64,000 bases of DNA, taken from Myxococcota bacterium. Its GTDB lineage: Bacteria > Myxococcota_A > Polyangia > Polyangiales > Houyiibacteriaceae. Position 1 is the first letter of the stretch. Every line of letters begins with the position of its first letter. A program made the translations under genes and the position numbers. The notes beneath the pieces were generated by a model, which was not told the DNA's origin, ran no database searches, and worked only from the letters and a program-made list of their open reading frames with translations. The DNA lies in assembly GCA_039030515.1 (NCBI GenBank), contig JBCCEA010000005.1:32001-96000 (forward strand), in the 5' to 3' direction. Positions 60,818 through 64,000 of the stretch are shown here, piece after piece.

Positions 60818-62353
60818 TTGCGTTATCTTCGCAGCAAGAAGCGCAGTACGATCTCACTCATCACCTTTATTGCGATAGCGGGTGTGGCACTTGGGGTCGC
60901 CGCCTTGCTCAGCGTGCTTTCGATCACCAGCGGTTTTCAGCGTGAGTTCCGGGACAAGGTCCTCGGGGTGAACTCACACGTACTGGTGCTGCGTTACGGC
61001 GTGGACTTTGACGAGTACCGCGAGGTGATCGCGCAGGTATCGGAGCTGCCTGAGGTGGTGGGTGCGGGGCCGTTCCTTATCAACGAGATGATGCTCGCCA
61101 AAGGCGAGGGACTCAGCGGGGTCTTGGTCAAGGGCATCGACCCAGCGCAGATGCGCGACGTACTCGACCTGCCCGGTCAGATTCTCAGCGGCACGCTCGA
61201 CGGTCTTCGGGTGCGAGGCGCACCGGTCCGCCCCTCCGATCTGGATCAGCCGCCGCGAGAAGACGGCGAACTCGACCGCTATCTGCAGCAGATGCGCTTG
61301 TCCGACCTGGACGCACGCGAGTCAGAGGCAAGCGACTCGGAGGAGACCCTTGGAGCGCGCGACAACCCGCATTCGACACCCGAGGCGGCTTCTCCCGAGA
61401 TGCCGTCACTCGCAGATGTGGAGGCCGCTTTACGCGCCCTTGAAGCAGACACGCAAGATCCGTTTTCGGGCATCGACGCGGAAATGGAACAAAGGATGCT
61501 GCAGAGCGAGCTCGCGGAGATCGAGCGAGAAGAAAGCGGCATCGACGCGCTTCCGGGCATCGTGATCGGTATCGGCCTGGCTCGGGAACTGGGCATCGGA
61601 ATAGGAGATCGGGTCAAGGTAATCTCGCCACTGACCGGTCTCGACATCGGAAGCTTTGCTCCTCGAGCCCGTACGCCTCGCAGCATCGATTTTCGGGTCG
61701 TCGCCATCTTCGAAGCGGGCTTTCAGGAATACGACACCAGACTCGTGTACGTCGATCTCTACGAGGCCCAGCGCTTCTACAACAACGGAGACTCGGTCAC
61801 CGGCGTAGAGATTCGTCTCGCCGACTTGGAGCTCGCAGACGAGGTAGCTCGCACTCTCGAGGAGCAGCTAGGCGCGCCTTTTCACACGCTGGACTGGGCG
61901 ACCTTGAACCACAATCTCTTTACCGCCCTAAGGATTCAGAAAGTGATGTTGAGTCTGGTGATCGCGACGATCATCTTTGTCGCCGCATTCAACGTGATCG
62001 CCACCCTCATCATGATCGTGCTCGAGAAGAAGAGAGAGGTGTCCATCCTCAAAGCGATGGGCGCTCGAGACCGCACCATATTGGGCATCTTCATGCTGCA
62101 GGGAACCGTCATTGGGGTTGTAGGCACCGCGATCGGCCTGACGGTGGGGGGCGCTGTGGTCGGCTACCTAGACCGATACCGTTTTCCACTCGATCCCAAA
62201 GTCTATTTGATCGACCACCTTCCAGTGGTGGTCAGTCCTTGGGAGTTCGCCACCACGGTCTTGGTCGCACTGACGATTTGCATCACCGCAACGGCGATTC
62301 CGAGCATATGGGCTGCAAGAATGCGTCCTGCAGAGGGAGTCCGCTACGAGTAG
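60818..62353 (+). CDS. LolC/LolE-type lipoprotein-releasing ABC permease
   Basis: 'LRYLRSKK', 'GVALGVAAL', 'VAAFNVIATL', 'ILKAMGA', 'YLIDHLP'. Start uncertain. Confidence 0.9.
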   Translation: MRYLRSKKRSTISLITFIAIAGVALGVAALLSVLSITSGFQREFRDKVLGVNSHVLVLRYGVDFDEYREVIAQVSELPEVVGAGPFLINEMMLAKGEGLSGVLVKGIDPAQMRDVLDLPGQILSGTLDGLRVRGAPVRPSDLDQPPREDGELDRYLQQMRLSDLDARESEASDSEETLGARDNPHSTPEAASPEMPSLADVEAALRALEADTQDPFSGIDAEMEQRMLQSELAEIEREESGIDALPGIVIGIGLARELGIGIGDRVKVISPLTGLDIGSFAPRARTPRSIDFRVVAIFEAGFQEYDTRLVYVDLYEAQRFYNNGDSVTGVEIRLADLELADEVARTLEEQLGAPFHTLDWATLNHNLFTALRIQKVMLSLVIATIIFVAAFNVIATLIMIVLEKKREVSILKAMGARDRTILGIFMLQGTVIGVVGTAIGLTVGGAVVGYLDRYRFPLDPKVYLIDHLPVVVSPWEFATTVLVALTICITATAIPSIWAARMRPAEGVRYE

Positions 62354-62611
62354 TGCCGCTACGATGACCGTATCCCGGCCCTGAATCATCGCCTGCAGAC
62401 GGAGCGCTTTCGGGATTTGCGATCAAGAAGTGCGGGTGGCGCATGTCGAATCGGGCACGGGTGGATGCGCAAGGGTGCGACAACAAGCCGCCCCTCGACG
62501 GGTACCGATTTAAGGTGGGTATGGTAGTCGTCTCTGGATGAGAGAGATTCTTGCAAACCGTAATATCGATTCTTTGAGTGCATCTCGCCGCAGACCGTAT
62601 CGGGACTACGG

Positions 62612-62677
62612 TGAACGGGTAGGCAGAGATGAACGGGTAGGCAGAGATGAACGGGTAGGCAGAGATGAACGGGTAGG
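62612..62677. repeat. 18-bp tandem repeat x3.7
   Basis: TGAACGGGTAGGCAGAGA x3 plus a partial copy. Confidence 0.95.
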
Positions 62678-62744
62678 TAGATTGCGTAGACAGGAACCGG
62701 TGCGGTGGTTTGACCCACAGTCTATTCGCCCACGGTCCGCCCTC

Positions 62745-63674
62745 GTGACCCAACTGGTACTGCTCCTCTCATCGGCGAGCTTGGTCGCCTGCGGAGACGA
62801 CAGCAGCAGCACGACATCCCTAGCTCTGGAGTTCCGTGCAAGCGACGGGGTGAACCCCGTGACCTGTGAAGAGGGTTTTGATGTGGCCGGAGAGGGCACA
62901 GGCTCGTTCAACGTGGGCGTCAGCGACATCCGCTTTTACGTCAGCAACTTGAGAGCTTTTGACTCAAGCGGCACTGAGCTCTCTCTTGAACTCGACGAAA
63001 ACGAGTTTCAGTACAGTGGACCCTCAGGTTGGGTCGGGCTCATCGACCTGACGAGCAACAGTGCGGGAGATTGCTCGCCAGAGGCGATCGCTTTTGCGGA
63101 GGGAACAGGCAGAACGAACACCGAAATCACCGGCATCGCGGGTGGTGAAGTGGATCGAATCACCTTTGACGTCGGCGTGCCCCAGGCGGTGATGCGCGAG
63201 ACGATCGCCGATTTCACTGCGGAAGGCGCCCCTTCACCTCTGAATGAAATGCACTGGTCCTGGGCAAGCGCCCACCGACATTTCGTATTCAACTTCACCG
63301 TCGAAACTCAGGGCGGAGAAACAGGAGACGGCTATGTGCACGTGGGCAGCCGTGACTGCGGAGGCGACGGGGCACGCGCGTTGACCGATCGAGAAGCGTG
63401 CGGGCTTTTGTATACGCCTTCGGTTGACTTGACCGGTTACGACCCGGCGCAGGTGATCGATGTCAACCTAGCACGACTCCTCGAAGGCCTGGATTTCGTT
63501 GCGCCGGTCTACGACCCGACCACGTTTGAGATCATCGGCGAGGGACCTGGAGTGGAATGCCATTCAGCCCCGGCAACGCAACCTCACTGCAACCTGCTCT
63601 TTGGCGCGTTGGGCGTCGATCCTTCAGGCGGCCTGTCTGACGCTGATTTGAATGAGGTCTTTTCGCTGCAGTGA
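62745..63674 (+). CDS. mbnP: MbnP-family copper-binding lipoprotein
   Basis: Lipobox 'LVAC', 'DIRFYVSN', 'FDVGVP', 'MHWSW', 'HVGS..C', 'CHS'; precedes an MbnH-like gene. Confidence 0.85.
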   Translation: MTQLVLLLSSASLVACGDDSSSTTSLALEFRASDGVNPVTCEEGFDVAGEGTGSFNVGVSDIRFYVSNLRAFDSSGTELSLELDENEFQYSGPSGWVGLIDLTSNSAGDCSPEAIAFAEGTGRTNTEITGIAGGEVDRITFDVGVPQAVMRETIADFTAEGAPSPLNEMHWSWASAHRHFVFNFTVETQGGETGDGYVHVGSRDCGGDGARALTDREACGLLYTPSVDLTGYDPAQVIDVNLARLLEGLDFVAPVYDPTTFEIIGEGPGVECHSAPATQPHCNLLFGALGVDPSGGLSDADLNEVFSLQ

Positions 63675-63718
63675 GCGCGCTTTAATATACCTTCGATAGG
63701 GAAAGCTTGAACTACCCG

Positions 63719-64000
63719 ATGATCGCAAAGCGACCTGCACAGTCAGGCCTTCACATCACGCTGCAGTATACCTTTGTATTCGCGCTGTTGTGCACGGGGC
63801 TCGGGTGCGTCGCGGACAGCTCCGAGCGTGCGCCGCTGACGAGAGAGGAACTGAGGCGGCTACTTGGAGTGCCCGATCACTTCCTGCTCCCGGCGATTCC
63901 CGAGTTCAACCCTCCCACCGCAGAGAAGATCGAGCTGGGCAGGCATTTGTTTTTCGACCCGGCCCTATCCGGCAACGGCACTCAGTCGTGCGCCAGCTGT
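63719..64000 (+). CDS. mbnH: MbnH/MauG-type di-haem cytochrome c peroxidase, truncated by window
   Basis: Translates to '...PEFNPPTAEKIELGRHLFFDPALSGNGTQSCASC'; not in the ORF track because it runs off the end. Confidence 0.85.
   Translation, partial: MIAKRPAQSGLHITLQYTFVFALLCTGLGCVADSSERAPLTREELRRLLGVPDHFLLPAIPEFNPPTAEKIELGRHLFFDPALSGNGTQSCASC

Overview
GC-rich window whose gene content looks myxobacterial (Myxococcota-like; inference). Housekeeping-type blocks, left to right: a DUF3857/transglutaminase protein, a type IV pilus minor-pilin operon (fimT-pilV-pilW-pilX-pilY1), tRNA-Leu(CAG), a hipBA-type TA pair, split pseG/pseF-like genes, mscS, a TetR + MMPL/LolA-like/OM-protein export operon, an aminotransferase/C45/CoA-transferase operon, a fused ArsA-like ATPase, typA, a CarH-type B12 photoreceptor cluster, citE-like lyase, speA, slt, lolC/E and mbnP-mbnH. 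The main unexplained signal is a set of six orphan, effector/toxin-like genes sitting between the housekeeping genes. Three are dispersed paralogues of one unrecognised family (15193, 20396, 56725). The others are a papain-like Cys-His-Asp protein, an AT-rich His-Asn-Gln/Cys protease-like protein and a protein with two IQ (calmodulin-binding-like) motifs. Two inserts are bracketed by 188-219 bp near-identical direct repeats of local sequence, and a 27-47 bp palindromic motif recurs beside two of the genes. No integrase or adjacent immunity gene is visible. Three genes are frameshifted at short runs, which could be phase variation or assembly error. All family assignments come from motif recognition by eye, not from database searches.
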